DNA from: Nemertoderma westbladi
Taxonomy: Eukaryota > Animalia > Xenacoelomorpha
Reading direction: 5' to 3'
DNA length: 64,000 nt
Assembly: GCA_032718475.1 (NCBI GenBank)
Contig: JAUCBJ010005141.1
Location: forward strand, 25,954 to 89,953
The notes beneath the pieces were generated by a model. It saw nothing but the letters and a program-made list of their open reading frames with translations, ran no database searches and was not told the DNA's origin. The translations under genes were made by a program, and so were the position numbers. Shown one piece after another: positions 39,101-50,620 of the stretch (positions are counted from its first letter, which is position 1; each line of letters opens with the position of its first letter).

Positions 39101-42100
39101 ACAACCTTATGCGGGAAGAACTAGAGTGGGTTGGTACTTTACTGGCCCTTCCCGTAGAACTCTCATGGAAAGATTACCGAAAGATCAGGTATATCAAGTG
39201 CGAGAATGGGAAGTTGAGAACAGTGAGTTAGATGATCCAACTGAGGGAACTCCATACTCCTCAGACAACGACGATATACACCAACTCTTCGATGAGGAGA
39301 ATACAATCGATCTCCTTAAAGAAAACGAGACTTGGCAAAACCAAGTGAACTTATGTCAGCTCCTTCTTCCATCAGAACGAGATGAATATAACGACGAACT
39401 TAATGACATCATTGAACGTATAATGCCAAGACTCGGGATGAACACGCCGTACGATTCTTTACTCAAGAGGCTGTAGAGCCCAACTCCTACGATAAGGCCC
39501 TATCGGTAGAAGAAGAAAGAGCCAAGCAGATCCAAGAGACAACTACACGTTTTCTTAAAGATCAAGGTAGATATGAGATCGGTCTTCCTTTCCTGAAAGC
39601 GAGAACCAAAGTTCATTAACAACTGACCCTTGGTGGAGAAAAGAATTGCTCAACTACATCGACGCCTTACGGCAAATTCTTCAGCTAAAGAAATGTATCA
39701 AACGCAGTTGAAGAAGTTTATTAGCAAGGGATATGCGGAGCTAGTACCGGAAGAAACACCTATAACTGAGAGAACGTATTATTTAACTCACCATTACGTT
39801 TCCAAACCCGGTAAACCAAACGAGGTACGAGTGGTGTTCGACGGCTCCGCCCTCTATATGGGTCAATCCCTTAATTCTGAATTGTTACCCGGACCCAACT
39901 TACTCCAATCATTGTTGGGAATACTTTTAAGATTAAGACAATATTCAATTGCTTTCGCCTCAGATATAGAAGGCATGTTCTTACAAGTCAAAGCGCTGGA
40001 TAGGGATCGAGATAGCCTACGATTTCTGTGGTGGCCTGAAGGAGACCTCAACCAGAAACCGGTGGAGTACTGGATGACCATCCAAGCTTTTGGGATAATC
40101 TCGAGCCCTTCAAACGCCTGTTCCGTGGTGCGCACCACCGCGGATGATAACCGAGACTCCTTCTCTAAAGAGGTGATCGACAATATCAAACGAGACATCT
40201 ACATGGACGATAATCTAAAGTCCCTTCCATCAGTCGAAGAAGCCATTGAGGTCGCTAAAGGAACGGTAGAGTGCTTAAAAAGAGGTGGATTTCGATTAAC
40301 TAAATTCACCAGCAACTCCCATGAGTTTCTGGAGTCGATCCCGGTAGAAGATCGAGGAGCAAAAGACCTGGATCTAATAAAGGATGATCTCCCAGAAACT
40401 AAGACCCTTGGTTTGAAATGGGACACAGAAAGAGATATCCTGTTTTTCCAACTAAAACAGCGAGATAATCCAGTTCGGACTAAACGGATTTGTTTAAGTA
40501 TCCTGAGCACTTATTTCGATCCATTGGGATTTATTAGCCCAGTTATATTGATTGCTCGGAGTTTAGTACAACAAATGTGGCTTGAAAACCACTCATGGGA
40601 CGATCCACTTAAGGGAGAATTATTAAAGAAGTGGATGAAATGGGAGGATTCTCTACCAGCCATCGAGAACTTTATAATTTCCCGTTCATATTTTGGTCAT
40701 GTTCTCCCTACGTATTCCTATCAACTCCATGTGTTTGGAGACGCCAGCGATATGGGAATAGGTATAGTAGCCTACCTAAGGGTGGAAACTCCAGACGGAA
40801 TCAAAGTCGCCTTGGTTACCTCTAAGGCATTGATAAACAACAAGTTGAAAGTTCCTCGAGCGGAGTTAAAAGCGGCTCTATACGCTACAGCCATCGGCCG
40901 GAATGTAACAGAACAAATCGACTATCCACTGGAGAAAACTGTCTATTGGACCGACGCTTTACTCGTGTTGGAGTATATAACCAATGAAGTCTGTCAGTTC
41001 AGCGTCTTCGTTACCAACAGAGTAGCTATTATACTCAGTCGCACAACGATGGATCAATGGAGACATTGCCCCGGAACGATTAACCCAGCAGACATCGCCT
41101 CCAGGGGAGCAACTCCACAAGAACTGGTAGATACTCCAGACTGGTTAGGTAGACCCGACTTCCTCTACAAAGAAGAAGAAGAATGGCCTCCTCATCTTAC
41201 TACCACAGAGATTAGACAGGCCAAGGGAGCGGAGAAAGTCAAACCTAAAACTAGGGCGAGTAAATCGAAGTTATTCAAACCTATGGTAGATCTGTCTGTA
41301 CTACATACTTCCGGAGACGACGCTTTGGATCAGAAACCCACAGCCACAAATAAACTTGTTGTGGAAATCCGTGAGAAGGATTGGAAATCTGGAATACCAG
41401 ACGTCTCGCAAGGACTCTCACCTCTTCTGCAGAGAGCGATACATCACTACAGTTCCTGGAATCGGCTCTGTAAGGCCGTTACATATTTAAAGAGATGTTT
41501 TCACCATCACTACTCTGGGATGAAGGCCAAAGGTGATACCGCTCCAATAACATCAGTGCAAGTCCATGTTATTAAAGATCTTCCCAAATATAAGATATCC
41601 GACAGGTTTCTGAAGGAGAAGATCAGTTATCAAGACCATGACGAAACCAACAAGCAGATGCTGAGACTCCTGCAATGCTATGAAGATTCCGATAAGTATT
41701 TCCTGTTGTTGAGAAATCCACAGATGCGCTTAAGAGATCGTTTCTCTAGCACAATGATAGATGGGTTGATACGTGTTGGAGGAAGATTAACGAATGCGCC
41801 ATTATCCTTTGACACTAAGTTCCCCATACTCATTAGAAATCTTGAAATACAAGTCAAGATGATTGTAGATGTTCACAGCAAACTTTATCATGCTGGTAGA
41901 GAACGAGTTCTTAGCGAAAGTCGAACTCGCTATTATTTTTATAAACCCCGTAGAGCTCTGAACCAACTTCTTAGGAACTGTATACCCTGTAGGAAAGCAT
42001 TCAGTAGGCCTTTAACACAGCGAGAGGCAGAATTACCTAGGGAACGAGTAAGCTTCTATGAGCCACCCTTTACTAATACCGGTGTAGATTTATTTGGCCC

Positions 42101-43085
42101 TATTGAAGTATATCGTGCTAGGACTATAGTCAAGAGATGGTGTGTAATCTTTGTTTGTATGACTTGTAGAGCCATCCATCTCGATATGGTGAACGATTTA
42201 TCTACCAACAGCTTTCTATTAAGCTTACGATGACAGATCGCTCGCTTTGGCACTAGTAACACGATGAGATCTGATAAGGGAACAAACTTCATTGGTGCCA
42301 ACAATGAAATCAAAGCTTACGTCAAAGATTGGAACCAAAGACAGGTCGACGATCAGCTACGAGTAACAGCGTCTAGCTGGACCTTCAACGCCGCCGACGC
42401 CCCTTGGTGGGGAGGAAGTTGGGAGAGATTAATAAGAAGTGTGAAGACAGCATTTCACTTTATAGTGCCTTGCCGCGCGTATCTCACCGACGAACTTTTG
42501 CGGACGTTAATGGAGGAAATCGCCGCCTATCTCAACGAGAGACCGCTTATGCCAGTCTCATCGAGTCCCGATTCCCTGGAAGCGCTAACACCCGCGCACT
42601 TCCTACTGAAGAAACCGGTAGCCATGCTCCCACAATCGGAAATCACAGACGGAGACGAATACTGCCGGCAAACTTGGCAACTTATGCAGTTGTTATCCCG
42701 TCGTTTTGCTGACCATTTCGAAAAACATTATCTGCCCACGCTACAACTTAGAACTAAGTGGTTTGCGCAGCAAGAAAACGTCAGCGCTGGAGACATGGTT
42801 CTTATTGTGGATGTAGATCTTCCACGTAAGCAGTGGCAGACAGGTCGTATAATCGAGACTCACATCTCGGATGACGGTTTGGTGCGATCGGTAGAACTCG
42901 TCGTCATGCGACGTAACTTCAAGAAACCGGGAATTGTCTTCGAGACACAGCAGCTCAATCGCCCAGTTGGTCGCTTATGTTTACTGGAAAGAGACAGAGA
43001 ACTCTCCGGAAACTATGGGAGGAAAGATACTCTTCCCACGACCACCTCCCTAATCCAACAAACATCTAGGGACTCCCCAACTTAA
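36148..43085 (+). pseudogene. pol: BEL/Pao gag-pol, 5'-truncated, all enzymatic domains present but disabled
   Basis: Gag core, zinc knuckles, PR ALLDSGS, RT (VRVVFDGS, SDIEGMFLQV, YMDD), RNase H (HVFGDAS, PRAELKA, YWTDA) and integrase (H..LYH/CIPC, GVDLFGP, RSDKGTNF, GGSWERLIRSVK). Frameshifts near 39470 and 39600; in-frame TGA at ~39624 and 42231. Confidence 0.95.
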
Positions 43086-44479
43086 CAACGGCTGGAGTGG
43101 GTGTATGACTAGATTTTATATTCGTTTTATTCTTTTATATTTATGTATGTATTATTATGTAATTTTATTTTAATCGTTTTATTTAATTTTATTTAGTAGC
43201 ATGTTATTTTAGCGATTATTTAGTAGATTAGTGCAATAGATTCGCGTTTATTACGTAATTACTTATATATATATTTAGTGCGACGGCGAGAAACAATTCT
43301 TTTTCTCTTTCCTTACTGTCCGTATTAGATTATAAATACGTGACTACAGTAAGATGAAATATCCGTGCTTATTAAAGTACAATAAAGCCACTACTATATT
43401 CAAGTATTATTGGTAGGCAGAGTATTAGGAATGCAAAGTTCAGATCCTCGTGTCTCGGCTAAACCAAGATCTGGGTAGACCTTGGAAACGACTTGCCTCT
43501 TCACACTGACATTGCTTCGTGCGATATTGCTCTCATACCGTATATTAAATAATACATATAGTAGCGTGATGTCCCCTTTAATAGTAGCGTAAAACACAAA
43601 AATAAATCTGTTAAACCCTTTGACCATTGCAATTCTAGTCGATTAAGATATCGTAGCACCCTCCGATATACTTGAAAGACAAAATTCTAGAATCAGTGGT
43701 TAACGTCCCCAGACAAGTTCTGGAATAAACTGGTGCCCATCCTAAATATTAATTATTAATATTTACAAAATCTGTCAAATATCAGATCCTTTAAAATTCT
43801 AGTCGATTAAGGTATCGTAGCACTTACCGATACTCTTAAAAGGACAAAATTCCTAGAATCTAGGATCCCAGTTCCCAGATATGCTCTGGAATAAAATTAC
43901 GTCTATTTAACATTAAATAATAAAATTTACGGGAATAAATTTAAATTCATATATTTCAATGAATTTAATAAATTGTCATTTTATACAATTCATAACATTC
44001 CCAAAATTCCATTAATTAATAGATCATGGGAGCGGAGATTCACTCTATTAAGTGTATTTGTGTGCGAGAATCTCCAATGTATAGTCAATAGCCAATAAAA
44101 TTCATAGAATCATGTATAAAGGGGATATTGACCACTAAAGAATTACTATTAAATAGCATCCCAGATCTGTATGCATGAGAATTACCCTAATTCTACCGCT
44201 AGCTTTCCATAATGTCACCATGGCAACAACCACGCTAGAATTAGAAGTGAGTTAAAAGAACAATAGAAGGCTTGCCCCATTGAATAGCATAGTGAATAAA
44301 TAGCGCACTGCTAGTATCCAAGGATACATAATAAACAAAGTGACATTCTGGAAGGTACTGACTAACGGACAAATGGCCCGAATGTGTGCAGTTTGTGGCA
44401 GTTGTGTTGAATTTGTGCGTTTGTAGGCGAATGTTACTACTAAGGTGTGTTTACAGTAGCGAGTCGCAATTGTGAAAGT

Positions 44480-44674
44480 AGCCCTAACTCTCCAGAAAGA
44501 ACCTGAAGTACATCTAAGCCTTTGGGACGGACAGTGGAGTGACTTGTGCCGGTTATCGTTGTCGTTGTGTAGCTACATCGTTGGCGAAAGCACAGCGACG
44601 ACGGTACATCGGCGCTGAGGATCTTACACTGTCCGGGGGCAAAAGAGGGGTAGGCAGCGACGCCCGCTAGCCTA
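44480..44674 (+). other. Conserved GC-rich multi-stem RNA structure upstream of ORF3 (also ~32085-32277 and ~35247-35441)
   Basis: Nested stems CGGACAGTG/CACTGTCCG, GTGCCG/CGGCGC and GTTGTCGTTGTG/CACAGCGACGAC, plus terminal hairpin TAGGCAGCG/CGCTAGCCTA; retained in three copies. Confidence 0.6.
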
Positions 44675-44715
44675 ATATATAAACTCATTATAATATTGAT
44701 AAACTCATAGCAGAT

Positions 44716-45600
44716 ATGACTGAGTTGATAGAAGATGATCTTGGTATCAGGGAGCGATATACTCTACCTTTACAAGCGTTTGTCGATAGCTTGATACGCG
44801 GCGACGCTGGTCCAACTACTACGGAGGATGATGGTTGTTATATCGAACCGCCAATGTCCCCGGAGCAACTTACGCGTGAATTGGATTATAGAAAGTTCAC
44901 CGCTCATTACACGCATCGTAATGGTACGTATATGGACTTCTTAACTACCGGCCATCCTATCGATTTACACGATACGGACGATGTGGATACCGAAAGGGAA
45001 ATGGTTTTATTTAAATATCATACCCAGCGGAGTCGGAACGATAAACCAAGAATAGAACACGAGAACTCTATTCGAAACAGACTCGAAAGGGAAGACGTTG
45101 AAGAGCCGGATAAACGCAGCGACTTCAACGATTATCTGGAATTCTTGAGAGAGACATACCTCAATATTGCCAGTCAACAAAATCTCGAAACTCGATATCC
45201 TCAAGGTATACATCATGATCCTATGATAGAACTCAAACGACTCTATTTCACTATGATGTATCTTACCGCCGATCGACCGCTACCTGTTGTCCCAGATAGC
45301 TTCGAACAGATGGAGGAATATTGTAAAACTGGAGAACGATCACCCGCGTTTCCTCTGCAGGACGTGCGTCTTTGGTATTACTGCGACGAATGTCCTAGAC
45401 CCAATCAGCAGACGGAAAGACATAAACATCCGCGGAGACGTTGCGCTAAACACAGTTTTACACGATATACTTATGGGAGTTTCGAGCGAAACCTGTTCGA
45501 CGTATCCCCTACGGTCGCTCGACTCAAACGATCCTTGAACAAAGAACAAACCGATGATCAGAGTTCCGGAATACTCGGTCAGACCTCATTCCCTAGTTAG
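44716..45600 (+). CDS. Extra ORF (ORF3) of unknown function between pol and the 3' LTR; frameshifted remainder to ~46332
   Basis: 294-aa ATG ORF with homologues in both other copies; contains C-x2-C...H-x-H-x4-C-x2-H. A 7-bp duplication (GAACAAA x2, ~45537-45550) shifts the frame. Confidence 0.75.
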   Translation: MTELIEDDLGIRERYTLPLQAFVDSLIRGDAGPTTTEDDGCYIEPPMSPEQLTRELDYRKFTAHYTHRNGTYMDFLTTGHPIDLHDTDDVDTEREMVLFKYHTQRSRNDKPRIEHENSIRNRLEREDVEEPDKRSDFNDYLEFLRETYLNIASQQNLETRYPQGIHHDPMIELKRLYFTMMYLTADRPLPVVPDSFEQMEEYCKTGERSPAFPLQDVRLWYYCDECPRPNQQTERHKHPRRRCAKHSFTRYTYGSFERNLFDVSPTVARLKRSLNKEQTDDQSSGILGQTSFPS

Positions 45601-46630
45601 ACCTCAGACTCTTGATCCTAATAGTATCACAGATCCTCCCGAACTGTACTCACTGTTCAAAGATCTAGTGTTACCCGAACAGTTAGTCGGTGGCACTCCG
45701 GTTATGGGCTCCCTAGATATTCGCCCATCTTACCTAGCCGGATTGGGACGCGGACATCTAATATCGCCATTCAACCATATCATCGTCCCGGTTTAACCCG
45801 ATACAACCTGTCACCGAGGTGGAGGAGAGAGTTGTACGAAACTCGTTGGACACTATTCGTCAAAAGAATAGTCCAATAATGGAGGGGGTTGGGGAGCTAT
45901 TTTTTTTCGTTTGCCTCAAAAAATATAATTTTAAAGTTATATAAAAATATCCCGGTAACACAACCATCATTTTTTGGTGCCAATATGGTGGGACGAAAAA
46001 TACAAATTGGATGATTGGGAGGTAATATTTTATTGTACCGGTAAATCATTAGTTGATTATACCATAGAATTATCGTCGTTCGATCAGGAAATCCAGAATC
46101 TCTAAGAAGATATCGAACTTGGGCGACCCTACTCTCTAAAAGAGTTTTAGACGAATGCTTCCAACGACAAGCGGAGGAAAATCAGCTCGAGGAGAAGCAT
46201 ATCGATTCCTATAGAGCCCGAGAACGCGAGTTGAAAAGAATCATCAAACCGAGGAAATTCTCATTACTCATGGTCCACCTACCGCTATCGTTCAGACGAC
46301 TCGTCAGGGACCAGCAGGAGCCGCTGTCCTAAAACGCGCTCTAAAGGCCGTTAGACCTCGCTCCACTGAGGTTGATATCGATCAACCAGGTACCTCGACC
46401 GGCGGATACACCGACCGTAATCCTAAACCTTCCGATGCAATTGTATTGCACCCTTCACCCAGGAGTTATAGCCCTCCTAGTAAAGTGGCTCGCCCCAAAG
46501 AAAAAAGGACTCTTGCTAGCCTCAAAAAACTGCGTAAACGCCGTCCGCGCAAGAAAGACTAACTGTTTAAGTATTTTTATATTTTAGAAACTGTGATTTT
46601 TTATATTTTATAGAATTAAATCCCATTTTC

Positions 46631-46639
46631 TGGGAGTGG
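46631..46639 (+). promoter_or_regulatory. Polypurine tract of element A
   Basis: TGGGAGTGG abuts the TGT of the 3' LTR. Confidence 0.7.
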
Positions 46640-47814
46640 TGTAAAGGCTTTTGCGGATCTAGCTAGTCATTTTCCCCGCAAAGTACTCTGTAGGTGTTTT
46701 AGCGGACATAAAAAGCCGTTTCCTTACTGTACAGGTGTTTTAGTGGACATAAAAAGCCATTTCTTCTGTATGTGTACTTTAGCGGACATAACTAGCGGTT
46801 TTATGTTGCAATACGCCAAAATACTCTTGATACAGTGTAGTTCAGATGACGACATGTATCAGCTGATATGTCCACGAATAACTTTTCTTTGTTCTTTGTT
46901 CGGCTCGACCAATCAGAGCGATTTTCGTTTTATTTGCACAGAAGCCTCCGGGAAATCGCGCAATGCATTATGGTCTTTGTTTACCTTTTTTCCTGATGCC
47001 AGAACATCGGCTGTGGAATTATTCTGTGTTTCAGACTTTAGCCAAACATTAGAACGGCTTTGATCATAGAAACGTATAACTGTTATTCTATCTACCACTT
47101 ATCATATCATACTATACATACCTTTCACCGCATTATTTTACTGCTATTTACTGTCGGTTATTAAGTGTTATCATTTGATGGATATGTTGTTATATTTGGA
47201 GAATATCGATAAATAATCAGAAAACCCCAATCTTCTTGATATACTGAAGGTTAGAGAGACCGGTTACATATAGCAATTGCGACTCACATTATATTGGTTT
47301 TGGAGTGAATTGAATGCTATTTCATGGACCCTACATGTGTCAGTTGCTGTTCTCCTTATATATGATTAAAATTAGTAAAGGTCGGCAGATCAGTGTGCAG
47401 CAGTGTGCGGTAGTGTGCATGAGTGTGATAGATAACAAAGCATTTCCTAAAGAATGCGCCTTATACGTAAATCATAAGCCATCCCGTTGTGTTTAGTGTA
47501 AGTCATAACTCTGTTTACATACTTAGAGCGCCACGTCCTAAAGGAACTGTTAATATTTCCCGAAAGTGAATAATATTTGTGAGAGATATTATAATAACGA
47601 TCAATCGAATAGTACAGTAGGCCTACACCGCAATAAGGTCAGAGCATCCGAATCCAGTCTCCCTTAACCGTGGGTGAATGATCGCGCATAGGCTGGCTTC
47701 GGCTAATGTAGCTTTATGTGTATCAAATACTTGTTATAGGCTAAAGTCGATTTATAACCTAGAAGACACCTAAATTTGGCAGGTTAAACTGCTAAAGGTC
47801 TAAAAGCGCGAACA
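46640..47814 (+). repeat. 3' LTR of element A
   Basis: Direct repeat of 12293-13467, followed by TSD GTCCA and in-phase resumption of the 35-bp satellite. Confidence 0.97.
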
Positions 47815-50188
47815 GTCCACACTAGTCGGACGTTGCTATTCCACACAAAGTCCACACTAGTCGGACGTTGCTATTCCACACAAAGTCCACACTAGTCGGA
47901 CGTTGCTATTCCACACAAAGTCCACACTAGTCGGACGTTGCGATTCTACACAAATTCCACACTAGTCGGACGTTGCTATTCCACACAAAGTCCACACTAG
48001 TCGGACGTTGCTATTCCACACAAAGTCCACACTAGTCGGACGTTGCTATTCCACACAAAGTCCACACTAGCCGGACGGTGCTATTCCACACAAAGTCCAC
48101 ACTAGCCGGACGGTGCTATTCCACACAAAGTCCACACTAGTCGGACGTTGCTATTCCACACAAAGTCCACACTAGTCGGACGTTGCTATTCCACACAAAG
48201 TCCACACTAGTCGGACGTTGCTATTCCACACAAAGTCCACACTAGTCGGACGTTGCTATTCCACACAAAGTCCACACTAGTCGGACGTTGCTATTCCACA
48301 CAAAGTCCACACTAGTCGGACGTTGCTATTCCACACAAAGTCCACACTAGTCGGACGTTGCTATTCCACACAAAGTCCACACTAGTCGGACGTTGTTATT
48401 CCACACAAAGTCCACACTAGCCGGACGGTGCTATTCCACACAAAGTCCACACTAGCCGGACGGTTCTATTCCACACAAAGTCCACACTAGTCGGACGTTG
48501 CTATTCCACACAAAGTCCACACTAGTCGGACGTTGCTATTCCACACAAAGTCCACACTAGTCGGACGTTGCTATTCCACACAAAGTCCACACTAGTCGGA
48601 CGTCGCTATTCCACACAAAGTCCACACTAGTCGGACGTTGCTATTCCACACAAAGTCCACACTAGTCGGACGTTGCTATTCCACACAAAGTCCACACTAG
48701 TCGGACGTTGCTATTCCACACAAATTCCACACTAGTCGGACGTTGCTATTCCACACAAAGTCCACACTAGTCGGACATTGCTATTCCACACAAAGTCCAC
48801 ACTAGTCGGACGTTGCTATTCCACACAAAGTCCACACTAGCCGGACGGTGCTATTCCACACAAAGTCCACACTAGCCGGACGGTGCTTTTCCACACAAAG
48901 TCCACACTAGTCGGACGTTGCTATTCCACACAAAGTCCACACTAGTCGGACGTTGCTATTCCACACAAAGTCCACACCAGTCGGACTTTGCTATTCCACA
49001 CAAAGTCCACACTAGTCGGACGTTGCTATTCCACACAAAGTCCACACTAGTCGGACGTTGCTATTCCACACAAAGTCCACACTAGTCGGACGTTGCTATT
49101 CCACACAAAGTCCACACTAGTCGAACGTTGCTATTCCACACAAAATCCACACTAGTCGAACGTTGCTATTCCACACAAAATCCACACTAGTCGGACGTTG
49201 CTATTCCACACAAAGTCCACACTAGTCGGACGTTGCTATTCCACACAAAGTCCACACTAGTCGGACGTTGCTATTCCACACAAAGTCCACACTAGTCGAA
49301 CGTTGCTATTCCACACAAAATCCACACTAGTCGGACGTTGCTATTCTACACAAAGTCCACACTAGTCGGACGTTGCTATTCCACACAAAGTCCACACTAG
49401 TCGGACGTTGTTATTCCACACAAAGTCCACACTAGTCGGACGTTGCTATTCCACACAAAGTCCACACTAGCCGGACGGTGCTTTTCCACACAAAGTCCAC
49501 ACTAGTCGGACGTTGCTATTCCACACAAAGTCCACACTAGTCGGACGTTGCTATTCCACACAAAGTCCACACCAGTCGGACTTTGCTATTCCACACAAAG
49601 TCCACACTAGTCGGACGTTGCTATTCCACACAAAGTCCACACTAGTCGGACGTTGCTATTCCACACAAAGTCCACACTAGTCGGACGTTGCTATTCCACA
49701 CAAAGTCCACACTAGTCGAACGTTGCTATTCCACACAAAATCCACACTAGTCGAACGTTGCTATTCCACACAAAATCCACACTAGTCGGACGTTGCTATT
49801 CCACACAAAGTCCACACTAGTCGGACGTTGCTATTCCACACAAAGTCCACACTAGTCGGACGTTGCTATTCCACACAAAGTCCACACTAGTCGAACGTTG
49901 CTATTCCACACAAAATCCACACTAGTCGGACGTTGCTATTCTACACAAAGTCCACACTAGTCGGACGTTGCTATTCCACACAAAGTCCACACTAGTCGGA
50001 CGTTGTTATTCCACACAAAGTCCACACTAGTCGGACGTTGCTATTCCACACAAAGTCCACACTAGTCGGACGTTGCTATTCCAGACAAAGTCCACACTAG
50101 TCGGACGTTGCCATTCCACACAAAGTCCACACTAGACGGACGTTGCTATTCCACACAAAGTCCACACTAGTCGGACGTTGCTTTTCCA
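47815..50188. repeat. 35-bp tandem satellite, right arm (~68 units)
   Basis: Same unit and variants as 10884-12292. Confidence 0.98.
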
Positions 50189-50620
50189 GGCACTATAAAC
50201 CCGCGTGCAATCTTCGGAATAAATATCCCAGACAGGACAACCATAAAAGTTTGCACAATAATTACGCCTTGTATATACGATAGGTTCAGAGGCAATACAA
50301 AGTTAAATTCATGGCGTAGATTTGATAGTTTACCAATGAATACACCTCTTTTTTTTCAATATCACGCTTTAAATTACATTAAAGTCTAGCAAATACCTAA
50401 ATGCAAAGCCTCCTGACCCCAGGGTAATGATATCCCGTTTACGACAATTTCAACTGGCCGTGGATTCCATAAAAAATTAAATGGGATACATTTGCACAGC
50501 TTTGGATCACTATGTACACTCAGTTTCAACCTAAATTTTGTGCAAAAATTAATACAAATATTTTAAGAAAACTACAGTAATACCCCGTTCGCACTGCGCG
50601 AAGATTGAATGTCAACTTAA

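Larger units (their letters stand above)
12293..47814 (+). mobile_element. Outer BEL/Pao LTR-retrotransposon complex (element A), chimeric and with nested insertions
   Basis: Near-identical 1175-bp TGT...ACA direct repeats at both ends; 5-bp TSD GTCCA (12288-12292 and 47815-47819); internal BEL/Pao gag and PR-RT-RH-IN domains. Confidence 0.96.

Noticed and set aside
35949-39476. 1175-aa ORF as a genuine gene
   Set aside because: It starts at GTG inside a dead ORF3 copy and is a chance in-frame fusion across the 36147 junction.
39460-39630. Programmed frameshift or readthrough between protease and RT
   Set aside because: Two frameshifts plus a TGA are needed, and there is another TGA in integrase. 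BEL/Pao elements usually have a single ORF, so decay is the simpler explanation.
44583-44622. Hammerhead ribozyme (GAAA...CTGAGGA)
   Set aside because: The required stems do not form, and GAAA is GATA in the copy near 35352.
44716-45600. env gene
   Set aside because: No signal peptide, transmembrane anchor or recognisable fusion-protein features.
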